NCBI RefSeq assembly: GCF_017302975.1
Contig: NZ_JAFIMT010000003.1
Strand: one strand, 5' to 3'
Origin: Corallococcus exiguus
GTDB taxonomy: Bacteria > Myxococcota > Myxococcia > Myxococcales > Myxococcaceae
DNA: 64,000 nt
Each line of letters opens with the position of its first letter. The stretch's first letter is position 1. The position numbers and the translations under genes were made by a program. This document shows, one piece after another, positions 59,301 to 64,000 of this stretch. Below the pieces are notes generated by a model. The model ran no database searches, was not told the DNA's origin, and worked only from the letters and a program-made list of their open reading frames with translations.

Positions 59301-62300
59301 CTCGTGGATGCACTGCTGACACGGCCCGACGCACCTCTGGCCTCCGTCTCCATGCTCGGCGAGGACGAACGGCGCCAGGTGCTCGTGGAGTGGAACACCA
59401 CTGCTTCCGACTTTCCTCGCGACGCCAGCATCCACTCGCTCTTCCACGAACAGTCGCTGCGGACTCCGGACGCCGTCGCCGTCGAGGCGGAAGGGACGAC
59501 GCTCACCTATCGGCAGCTGGATGCGCGCGCGAATCAGCTCGCGCGTTTCCTGCTGACACTGGGCCTGGGTCCGGAGCCGCGCATCGGGGTCTGTCTCCAC
59601 CGGAGCGTGGATCTGGTGGTGGGGCTGCTGGGCATCCTCAAGGCCGGTGGCTGCTACGTGCCGCTGGATCCTTCCTACCCGCCCCAGCGGTTGGCGTTCC
59701 TGCTCGGGGATTCGGATGTGGCGGCGGTGCTCACGCATCAGTCCCTGACGCCGGTGCTTCCGGAGTCCTCGCGCCCGGTGGTGTGCCTGGACTCCGACGG
59801 GGAACGGATTGCACGTCAGCCGGTGGAAGCGCCGCACGCGCCCGTCCGCGCGGATCAACTGGCGTATGTCACGTACACGTCGGGTTCGACGGGGACGCCC
59901 AAGGGCGTGGCCATTCCCCACCGGGGCGTGGTGCGGCTGTTGTTCGGCTCGCGCTTCGTGAAGCTGGGGCCGTCGGAGGTCGTGTTGCAGCTCGCGCCGC
60001 TGGCGTTCGACGCGTCGACCCTGGAGCTCTGGGGTGCGCTGTTGCACGGCGGCCGGTTGGTGCTCTTTCCCCAGGCGGTTCCGTCGATGGAGGAGCTGGG
60101 CCAGGCCCTGCTCCGGCATCAGGTTTCGGTGCTCTGGCTGACGGCGGCGCTCTTCGACCAGATGCAGCAGGAGCAGCCTCAAGCCCTCGCGGCCGTGGCG
60201 CAGCTCCTCGCCGGAGGCGATGTGCTCCCCGTGCCGCGGGTTCGCGAGCGGCTGGCCCAGTCGCGCGGCCTCGTGAACGGCTACGGCCCCACGGAGAGCA
60301 CGACCTTCACCACGTGTCACGTGATGGCTCCCGGAGACGCCGTGGGCGGCTCCGTGTCCATCGGCCGGCCCATCGCCAACACCCAGGTCTACGTGCTGGA
60401 TGCGGCGATGCAGCCGGTCCCAGTGGGAGTGCCGGGCGAGCTGTACATTGGCGGTGACGGCCTGGCGCGGGGCTACCTGGGGCGGCCAGCCCTCACCGCG
60501 GAACGCTTCGTGCCGCATCCCTTCGCGGCGTCGCCGGGCGAGCGGCTGTACCGCTCCGGGGACCGCGTGTGCTGGAGCGAGGACGGCACGCTGAGGTTCC
60601 TGGGGCGCATGGACTTCCAGGTGAAGCTGCGCGGCTTCCGCATCGAACCGGGCGAAGTGGAGGCGGTGCTGCGCGAGCACGCCGACGTCACCGAGGCGAC
60701 CGTGCTGGTGCGCGAGGACATCCCCGGAGACAAGCGACTGGTGGCCTACGTCGTGCCCGCGGAGCTGGACCCAGCGAGGCTGCGAGACCACCTGCGCCAG
60801 CGTCTGCCGGAGTACCTGGTGCCATCCGCCTTCGTGGCGATGAAGGCCTTGCCGCTGTCGGCCCACGGCAAGGTGGACCGCAAGGCACTGCCCGCACCGG
60901 AAGCCCCACGCGGCTCCGCGCCCCACGAGCCCCCGCGCAACGCGCTGGAGACCCAGCTGGTCTCGCTCTGGGAGAAGGTCCTGGGCCGGGAAGGCATCGG
61001 CATTCACGATCACTTCTTCGAACTGGGAGGCCATTCACTGCTGGCGACCCAGCTCGTCTCCCGGATCCGTTCCGCACTGGAAGTGGAGCTGCCAGTGCGA
61101 GCGCTCTTCGAAGCGCCCACCGTGGCCGCGCTCGCGGCGCGCATCGACTCCGCCGCACGCACGCAGGCCCCTGCCCTGCGCCCTGTTCCTCGTGACGGGG
61201 ACCTGCCCCTCTCCTTCGCCCAGCAGCGCCTCTGGTTCATCGACCAGTTGCAGCCGCTGAGCGCCGCCTACCACATGCCCACCTTCGTGCGGCTGGTGGG
61301 CCCTTTGGATGAAGCCTCGCTACAACGCGCGCTGGATGAACTGGTGCGTCGTCACGAAGCCCTGCGCACCACCTTCGTCCAGCACGAAGGCCAACCGCTT
61401 CAGCGCATCTCCGCCACGGCGCAGCTGCCGCTCGTCGTCTTGGAGCCGGGGGCCGTTCCCCTGGAGCCGCAGCTGAGAGAAGAGGCCTCACGACCCTTCC
61501 AGCTCGACTCCGGTCCCTTGGCCCGAGCGAGGCTCTGGCGCCTGGGCCCCACCGAGCACGTGCTCGCGCTCACGCTCCACCACATCGTCTCCGACGGCTG
61601 GTCCATGGGCGTGCTGGTGCGCGAAGTCGCCGCCCTCTACGAGGCCTTCTCCCAGGGCAGGCCTTCCCCCCTTCCACCTCTGCCCGTGCAGTACGCCGAC
61701 TACGCCGTCTGGCAGCGACAGTGGCTGCAAGGCGACGTCCTCCAGGCGCAACTGGACTACTGGAAGCACCAGCTCTCTGGCTCCGCTCCGCTGGAGCTGC
61801 CCACGGACAAGCCCCGGCCTCCCGTGCAGTCCTCCCACGGCGCGCAGGTGCCTGTCGTCCTGCCGGCCGAGACGTCCCGTCGAATCAAGGCCCTGGGTCT
61901 CCAGGAGGGCGTCACGCCCTTCATGCTGTTGCTGGGCGCCTTCCAGGTGCTGCTCTCCCGCTACTCCGGCCAGGAGGACATCACCGTCGGCTCTCCCATC
62001 GCCGGACGTCAGCGCGGGGAACTCGAAGACCTCATCGGCTTCTTCGTCAACACGCTGGCACTGCGCATCCAGGTGGACGGGCAGAAGTCGTTTGTTCACT
62101 TGTTGCGACAGGTGAAGGAGACGGCGCTGGGGGCCTACGCCCATCAGGATGTCCCCTTCGAGCGGCTGGTGGAAGAGCTTCAGCCCACGCGCGACATGAG
62201 CCGCGCTCCGCTCTTCCAAGTCCTCTTCGCCCTACAGAACGCTCCGGCCTCATCTCTTCGCGAGCAGGCCCTGTCGCTGCGCCCGTTGGACGTCGAGGCC

Positions 62301-64000
62301 TCCACCTCCAAGTTCGAATTGCAGCTCATCCTCTCCGACACCCCCGAGGGCTTCCAGGGGGCCCTCGGCTTCAACACCGACCTCTTCGACGCGAGCACCG
62401 CCTCGCGCATGGCCGCGCACTTCGGCCGCCTCGTGGATGCGTTGCTGGCACGGCCCGACGCGCCCCTGGCATCGGCCTCCATGCTCAGCGAGGACGAGCG
62501 GCGCCAGGTGCTCGTGGAGTGGAACAACACCGAGGCCAGCTATCCGCAGGACTCCACCCTTCCTGAAGTCTTCGCTCAGGTCGTCGCCCGATTCCCCGAG
62601 ATGCTCGCACTTGAGTTCGGAGAGGCACGCCTCACCTACCGGCAGCTGGACGCGCAGGCCAACCGCCTTGCGCACCACCTGCGCGGTCTCGGCGTCACCA
62701 CCGACTCGCGAGTGGCCATCGCGCTGGACCGCTCGCTAGAACTCGTCGTCGGCCTGCTCGCCATCCTCAAGGCTGGCGGCGCCTACGTACCGCTGGATCC
62801 CAGCTACCCACCTGAGCGTCTCGCGGCCATGGTCGAGGACGCCCGTCCGCGTGTCCTCCTCACGTCCCGTGCACTCCTGTCGAAGCTGCCCGAGGCCTTG
62901 TCCACGGTGGTGCTGGAGGAAGTCTCGCTGGAGGGCCTGCCGACCCACGCCCCTGCGCCTTCCGCCCTTCCTCTGAGCCTCGCCTATATCGACTTCACCT
63001 CCGGCTCCTCCGGCAGGCCCAAGGGCGTCGGCACTCCTCACCGCGCCGTCCTTCGCACCCTCTTCGGCAAGGGCCTCACCCACTTCGGGCCCGACGCGTC
63101 CTTCTTGCTCCTCGCCCCCATCTCCTTCGACGCCTCCACCTTCGAAATCTGGGGCGCCCTGCTTCACGGCTCACGTCTCGTCATCGCCCCCCCCTCTCCT
63201 CCCTCCCTCGAAGAGTTGGGCGCACTCATTCAGCGCTCATCCATCACCACCCTCTGGCTCACCTCCGGCCTCTTCTCCCAGATGGTCGACGGCCACCTCG
63301 AAGGCCTTCGCCCCCTCAAGCACCTGCTCACCGGAGGCGACGTCGTCTCGCTCGCGCACGCGCGACAAGTCCTCGACTCGCTCCACCTCCCCGTCACCAA
63401 CGGCTACGGCCCCACCGAGTCCACTGTCTTCGCCACGGCCCTCCACCTCCGTGACACAACCTTTCCCGGTGCCTCGCTGCCCATCGGCAAGCCCCTGGCC
63501 AATACCCGCGTCTACGTCCTCGACGCCCACGGCCTTCCGCTTCCCATCGGCCTGCCCGGTGAACTCTTTATCGGCGGTGACGGCCTCGCGCGCGGATACC
63601 TTGAGCAGCCCTCCCTCACCGCGGAGCGATTCCTCCCTGACGCCTTCTCCTCCACTCCCGGCGCGCGTCTCTACCGCACCGGCGACAAGGCCCGCTGGCG
63701 CACGGACGGCTCTCTCGAGTTCCTCGGCCGCCTCGACTCCCAGGTGAAGCTGCGCGGCTTCCGCATCGAGTTGCCCGAAGTCGAAGCCGCCTTGCTTCTC
63801 CACCCCGACGTACGCCAGGCCGTCGTCCTGCTTCGCGAAGACGTCCCCGGCGACAAGCGCCTCGTCGCCTACGTCACCGCCCCAGACACACTCTCCGCCT
63901 CCAGCCTGCGCCCTTTCCTCCTACGGCACCTCCCCGAGTACATGGTGCCCTCCGCCTTCGTGCACCTGGACGCCTTGCCCCTCACTGCCCAGGCCAAGCT
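47352..64000 (+). CDS. Giant hybrid PKS-NRPS gene, partial (continues beyond the window; more than 5,549 aa in window). Layout: KS-AT-KR(inactive-like)-T, then C-A-T, C-A-T, C-A-T, C-A(partial).
   Basis: The ATG overlaps the upstream NRPS stop by 8 nt. The frame is open to the window end; the ORF track lists no ORF in this frame, and every listed ORF here lies in the other two frames. The KS domain shows TGCSSALVA, EGHGTATALGDP and KANIGHL. The AT domain shows GHSTGEYVAA. The KR-like region lacks the GxGxxG and YAAAN signatures (GDLEAGGLA…LAAAH). The carrier domain reads DDFFELGGHSLLATQV. Four A domains carry SGSTG(R/T)PKG and K(L/V)RGFR(I/V)E core motifs; the first near 53.55 kb, 56.73 kb, 59.88 kb and 63.0 kb. 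C domains carry HHI(V)SDGWS. Confidence 0.85.
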   Translation, partial: MSEETADTVERIAIVGMSGRFPGAPTLDAFWDNLRRGVHSRRELTEADLEQAGVPRAQRERPDWVRAAYPLDGPTHFDAGYFGYSPREAEVLDPQQRVFMETALEALEDAGYDPERFPEAIAAFASTSTSSYLFQALLRRPELLQTVGLYNLSLANDKDFVATRTSHRLGLRGPSATVQTGCSSALVAVHLACQSLLSGECEMALAGGVSVAFPQTAGYAYQPGMIISPDGLCRAYDARSQGTIFGSGVGVVVLKRLSEAVRDRDTIHAVILGSAVNNDGSAKAGFTAPSVEGQAAAIAEALGVAGVEPEDVQYVEGHGTATALGDPVEVAALNQAFGGARSGTRRCVLGTVKANIGHLDSAAGVAGLLKTVLALKHAVIPPTPHFQQPNPAIDFDGGPFFVTAEPRPWDGAVKRRAGVSSFGLGGTNAHVVLEEPPRAKAAGTRRAWHVLPLSARTPRALEEATSRLAAHLERTPGLELADVASTLQRGRRTHEHRRALLCRDLEDARAALADPRRHLGGSSVNARRPVVFLFPGHGSHHVDMGRALYEAEPVFRKHLDACRDALAPHLGQDLCFVLFPDQAPQEAEALLERMTFAQPAMFAVEYALAQLWRSFGVEPEAMVGHSTGEYVAACLAGVFSLPDALALVAARGRLMDALPPGGMLSVSLPEDALAPLLPPGVSVAAVNAPALVVVAGPSQALEALEATLAARGVSTRRIRARHAFHSEAVAPMVEGFLQELSRVRLSPPKRPYVSSLTGTWITAAQATDPRTWASHLREPVRFAQAATTLLGSTERLYLEVGPGQALGTFVRQCAPPGSHPTALTSLPRPRDGQDAHLHLTETAARLWLAGASIDLAKLYGKEPRRRVPLPPYPFQRERFDLLAVASVPGARLPAFAVSEVPREDVTPALECAAPTWQRVAGAPVPRFDDQRWLVMEDANAPGGSIARLMEARGADILALGLDAAWAPLEERLAAGGGPDHVAFLWPLAPAEGPGAVDRVLHGLLELARRLGPAAAARPVTLAVITCGAQDVTGEEPLRAWQATASGVCRVLAQEYPGLRCRSIDVSPPRPEEGPRWSEQLVAELGAGGPAVVALRGPHRFTESFEPVVPPRTVTSPLRQGGVYLIMGDLEAGGLALAEALATTAQARLVLLTDTVPQASHLERLGGLERAGAQGVLFAPMGAGDPEPLLQGMIAAEARFGAIHGVFFLPQGTAGADRQSLADATAEAWAPVFRSRVGVLGALAGALQGRAPDFVTVCSSLTAVVGGVGRGVLAAAHAAMDTFAAQQNRGPGPRWYVVDLDAWREEVIPVWMGLLAASGQGGRWWISRGPPRAEEPEDGGTPGTAPDPASGSRGTGRHPRPSLATPYVAPRGDSERRVVELWQEMLGIDALGVDDDFFELGGHSLLATQVLARVRSAFAVELPLRAFFEAPTPAKLAERVDAATAAGAPANVLPPLTPVPRDGQPLPLSFSQQSLWFLDQLHPGGSAYNMPSALRLEGRVDTAALEQSFTELVRRHEALRTTFHADGGAPLQRIHPPANFRLAVMDVSSHGTPEAESHRLAAEEQLRPFDLAAGPLLRAVLIRLAEARHVLVVTMHHIVSDGWSLGVLVREMVALYQAFASGQPSPLAPLPVQYADHAAWQRAWLRGEALESRIRWWRQQLEEAPAFLTLPTDFPRPPVASFRGDAVPVALPRALSESLAALCQAEGVTPFMALLAGFQALLSRYSGQDDVSVGSAMAGRRFAEQEALIGFFVNTLVYRTRLHAAPTFRELLARVRDTTLEAHAHQDLPFEKLVEALRPERDPSRSPLFQVNFTFQNMPMGTLEAPGLRFEPIPIEGGTGRFDLTLVLTDTPRGLTGTLEYASDLFRPETARRLVTHLHVLLEGALRSPQLRLSELPLLTDAERHEVLVDWNASDADFPREASLHTLFEAQVRSTPEAQAVVFEAQHLTYRQLDARANQLAHHLRALGVGPEVIVGLCVERSVEGAVGMLAILKAGGAFLCLDPAHPTARLALMLEDSGLQVLLTQDALLDVLPLSSSCVPCCFDADAAAISRRPTTPPEVEVHAGNLAYVIYTSGSTGRPKGTLLAHRGLCNSVLAAVRAHALSPTSRVLQYASPTFDAAILETFAPLLAGATLVLAPRERLLPDAPLRALLTEQEITTVTLTPSVLAQLTSEDLASLRTVISAGEALSPEVARRWSEGRTLLNAYGPTEATVCASITPGPVHADAPGIGKPWPNTRLYVLDANLRPVPVGVPGELFIGGVCLARGYLGRPDLTAGRFLPDPFGTEPGARLYRTGDRVRWRQEGDLEYLGRTDFQVKLRGFRIELGEVEAALQAHAAVLQAVAMVREDAPGLPRLVAYVVANGDGPLDVAALREFLLQRLPEYMVPATLVVLEALPLTSSGKVDRRALPSPESRASGTPGYVPPRTPTEERLAALWAPLLQVEQVGAEDHFFELGGHSLLATQLVSRIRADFGVELALQALFEAPTLAALARRLDAARPEDASRAPPLLPVPRTGALPLSFAQQRLWLIEQIEPGGTAYNIPTVLRIRGRLDRGALGRAFSGLVERHESLRTIFATQDGEPVQIIQPSTEFALPEVDLSDAPDSERVRQCAEAETQRPFNLAEGPLLRALLLRMGEQEHVLVVTMHHIVSDGWSMALLVREVASLYASFSSGLAPSLAPLSLQYADFAAWQRQWLQGDVLSRQLDFWRQQLSGAPALLELPTDRPRPAVQSSRGAWVPFHLPQPLTSSLLSFCQQQGATPFMALLALWQLLLSRYSGQLDISVGAPIAGRTRSETEGLIGFFVNTLVLRSHVEPHSTFRQLLSHVRATTLAAFEHQHLPFEKLVEELQPQRSLRHSPLFQVMFTLRNTPDAAIQVEGGASALELSPVDSEVVAAKFDLNLSLAETPEGLAGEILYRADLFDAATITRMGEHLRTLTEATLAAPDAPVGDLSLLSAGEHAQVLEGFNATADAFVAPGPLHSIIEARAARHPERPAVACAGEVLTYGALDTRANQLAWRLRSLGVGPETRVGLCLERSVDMVVALLGVWKAGGAYVPLEPSQPAQRLRTLVEEIAAPVVVTASRHAEAFTSLAAHVVRMDTDAQVLAAQPREAPAHGATARSLAYVLFTSGSTGRPKGVAVEHAQLFQYVRAATERLRLEECASFALVSTFAADLGNTVLFPALCTGGLLHVLPQELASSPAEVAAYFQRHAVDCMKIVPSHLAALLTAAEPRHVLPRKKLVLGGESSSPALLEQVRALAPDCELFNHYGPTETTVGVSAGPVEVRPQAPVPLGRALAHTRLYVLDERLRPVPVGVPGELFIGGAQVTRGYLGRPELTAERYLPDVHSPLPGARMYRSGDRVRWLPDGRVEFIGRADFQVKVRGFRVEPGEVTAALNEHPAVREAWVVAREDMPGDARLVAYVVSAAEPVPTGELRAFLQERLPAYMVPAAFVHLEAMPLTSNGKLDRKALPAPEDTTREAAFIAPRTPTEERLAALWAGLLRAERISVEEDFFALGGHSLLATQVVSRVRQTFEVELPVRALFEAPTVAALAARIDSAARTQAPALRPVPRDGDLPLSFAQQRLWFIDQLQPLSAAYHMPTFVRLVGPLDEASLQRALDELVRRHEALRTTFVQHEGQPLQRISATAQLPLVVLEPGAVPLEPQLREEASRPFQLDSGPLARARLWRLGPTEHVLALTLHHIVSDGWSMGVLVREVAALYEAFSQGRPSPLPPLPVQYADYAVWQRQWLQGDVLQAQLDYWKHQLSGSAPLELPTDKPRPPVQSSHGAQVPVVLPAETSRRIKALGLQEGVTPFMLLLGAFQVLLSRYSGQEDITVGSPIAGRQRGELEDLIGFFVNTLVLRARVAPALSFRALLAQVKETALGAYAHQDVPFERLVEELHPTRDMSRAPLFQVLFSLQGVPGTEPLRSQALSLHPLEADTATSKFELQLILSAPPEGFRGTLAFNTDLFEESTASRMAGHFGRLVDALLTRPDAPLASVSMLGEDERRQVLVEWNTTASDFPRDASIHSLFHEQSLRTPDAVAVEAEGTTLTYRQLDARANQLARFLLTLGLGPEPRIGVCLHRSVDLVVGLLGILKAGGCYVPLDPSYPPQRLAFLLGDSDVAAVLTHQSLTPVLPESSRPVVCLDSDGERIARQPVEAPHAPVRADQLAYVTYTSGSTGTPKGVAIPHRGVVRLLFGSRFVKLGPSEVVLQLAPLAFDASTLELWGALLHGGRLVLFPQAVPSMEELGQALLRHQVSVLWLTAALFDQMQQEQPQALAAVAQLLAGGDVLPVPRVRERLAQSRGLVNGYGPTESTTFTTCHVMAPGDAVGGSVSIGRPIANTQVYVLDAAMQPVPVGVPGELYIGGDGLARGYLGRPALTAERFVPHPFAASPGERLYRSGDRVCWSEDGTLRFLGRMDFQVKLRGFRIEPGEVEAVLREHADVTEATVLVREDIPGDKRLVAYVVPAELDPARLRDHLRQRLPEYLVPSAFVAMKALPLSAHGKVDRKALPAPEAPRGSAPHEPPRNALETQLVSLWEKVLGREGIGIHDHFFELGGHSLLATQLVSRIRSALEVELPVRALFEAPTVAALAARIDSAARTQAPALRPVPRDGDLPLSFAQQRLWFIDQLQPLSAAYHMPTFVRLVGPLDEASLQRALDELVRRHEALRTTFVQHEGQPLQRISATAQLPLVVLEPGAVPLEPQLREEASRPFQLDSGPLARARLWRLGPTEHVLALTLHHIVSDGWSMGVLVREVAALYEAFSQGRPSPLPPLPVQYADYAVWQRQWLQGDVLQAQLDYWKHQLSGSAPLELPTDKPRPPVQSSHGAQVPVVLPAETSRRIKALGLQEGVTPFMLLLGAFQVLLSRYSGQEDITVGSPIAGRQRGELEDLIGFFVNTLALRIQVDGQKSFVHLLRQVKETALGAYAHQDVPFERLVEELQPTRDMSRAPLFQVLFALQNAPASSLREQALSLRPLDVEASTSKFELQLILSDTPEGFQGALGFNTDLFDASTASRMAAHFGRLVDALLARPDAPLASASMLSEDERRQVLVEWNNTEASYPQDSTLPEVFAQVVARFPEMLALEFGEARLTYRQLDAQANRLAHHLRGLGVTTDSRVAIALDRSLELVVGLLAILKAGGAYVPLDPSYPPERLAAMVEDARPRVLLTSRALLSKLPEALSTVVLEEVSLEGLPTHAPAPSALPLSLAYIDFTSGSSGRPKGVGTPHRAVLRTLFGKGLTHFGPDASFLLLAPISFDASTFEIWGALLHGSRLVIAPPSPPSLEELGALIQRSSITTLWLTSGLFSQMVDGHLEGLRPLKHLLTGGDVVSLAHARQVLDSLHLPVTNGYGPTESTVFATALHLRDTTFPGASLPIGKPLANTRVYVLDAHGLPLPIGLPGELFIGGDGLARGYLEQPSLTAERFLPDAFSSTPGARLYRTGDKARWRTDGSLEFLGRLDSQVKLRGFRIELPEVEAALLLHPDVRQAVVLLREDVPGDKRLVAYVTAPDTLSASSLRPFLLRHLPEYMVPSAFVHLDALPLTAQAK
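57960..58930 (+). repeat. Copy 1 of a near-identical direct repeat of about 0.97 kb inside the PKS-NRPS gene. It covers the end of a PCP domain plus the first two-thirds of a C domain.
   Basis: It is identical or nearly so to 61090..62060, offset 3132 bp. Identical shadow ORFs corroborate this: 58105..58359 with 61237..61491, and 58268..58474 with 61400..61606. Confidence 0.7.
61090..62060 (+). repeat. Copy 2 of the ~0.97-kb direct repeat. Diverged homology continues for about 0.5 kb further downstream of both copies.
   Basis: I aligned the text directly. Identity is essentially complete up to about 62,057, after which the sequence diverges for about 60 nt and then shows substitutions only. 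Confidence 0.7.

Noticed and set aside
47509-63856. All ORF-track entries inside the NRPS/PKS region (for example 47540..48862, 49034..50137, 50243..51535, 52265..54193, 59390..60457, and all minus-strand ORFs such as 52434..54356).
   Set aside because: Every one lies in frame +2, +3 or antisense relative to the true coding frame, which carries all KS, AT, C, A and T motifs and is open to the window edge.

Overview
This is a high-GC (about 70%) window of Myxococcales-type DNA with dense, strongly GC3-biased coding. No rRNA, tRNA, CRISPR array or obvious IS element is visible.

Gene content from start to end:
- A partial unknown CDS on the minus strand runs off the left edge.
- A CDF cation-efflux gene (czcD-like) lies divergent from a sigma-54 enhancer-binding protein that carries a Cys-rich PocR-like sensor domain.
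- Next come an alpha/beta hydrolase, typA/bipA, a secreted Cys-rich protein of unknown function and an AraC regulator.
- An eight-gene minus-strand operon (about 12.3 kb) follows. Its domain series is OMP, OMP, TPR, giant TPR, TPR, small periplasmic protein, FHA-TM-TonB-C protein, OMP. This matches the M. xanthus Glt (gliding) / Nfs (spore coat) envelope-spanning machinery in the contiguous A-H order typical of nfs. A stand-alone ribosomal protein L3 (rplC) copy sits immediately upstream of it.
- Then come small loci: a coiled-coil protein, a HupE/UreJ Ni/Co transporter, a zinc-ribbon protein overlapping a 48-aa lmo0937-type membrane protein, an SLT lytic transglycosylase and a STAS protein.
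- A MoxR-DUF58-transglutaminase triad with GTGA-coupled starts follows.
- An RpoH-like sigma factor is preceded by a good -24/-12 (sigma-54) promoter match. Beyond it lie an OPT oligopeptide transporter, a Bor-like lipoprotein and a HEAT-repeat plus HD-GYP-like gene pair.
- A minus-strand operon runs selA, HNH endonuclease, ParA/MinD-like ATPase, J-domain-like protein with a C-terminal RodZ-type HTH, an 87-aa protein, then rluD.
- From about 44.0 kb to the window end lies an uncharacterised hybrid NRPS/PKS biosynthetic cluster. A stand-alone C-A-T NRPS gene is translationally coupled to a giant ORF of more than 5,500 aa (KS-AT-KR0-T followed by at least four C-A-T modules, truncated at the window edge). 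That ORF contains a near-identical tandem duplication of about 0.97 kb with a 3,132-bp period.

The most interesting elements are the contiguous Glt/Nfs-like operon with its adjacent L3 paralogue, the ParA-like ATPase with its J-domain/HTH partner inside a selA operon, and the NRPS/PKS cluster with recent module duplication.

Coordinates taken from the ORF track are reliable. Positions I read directly from the sequence text (promoter, hairpins, repeat edges) are approximate to within a few bases.
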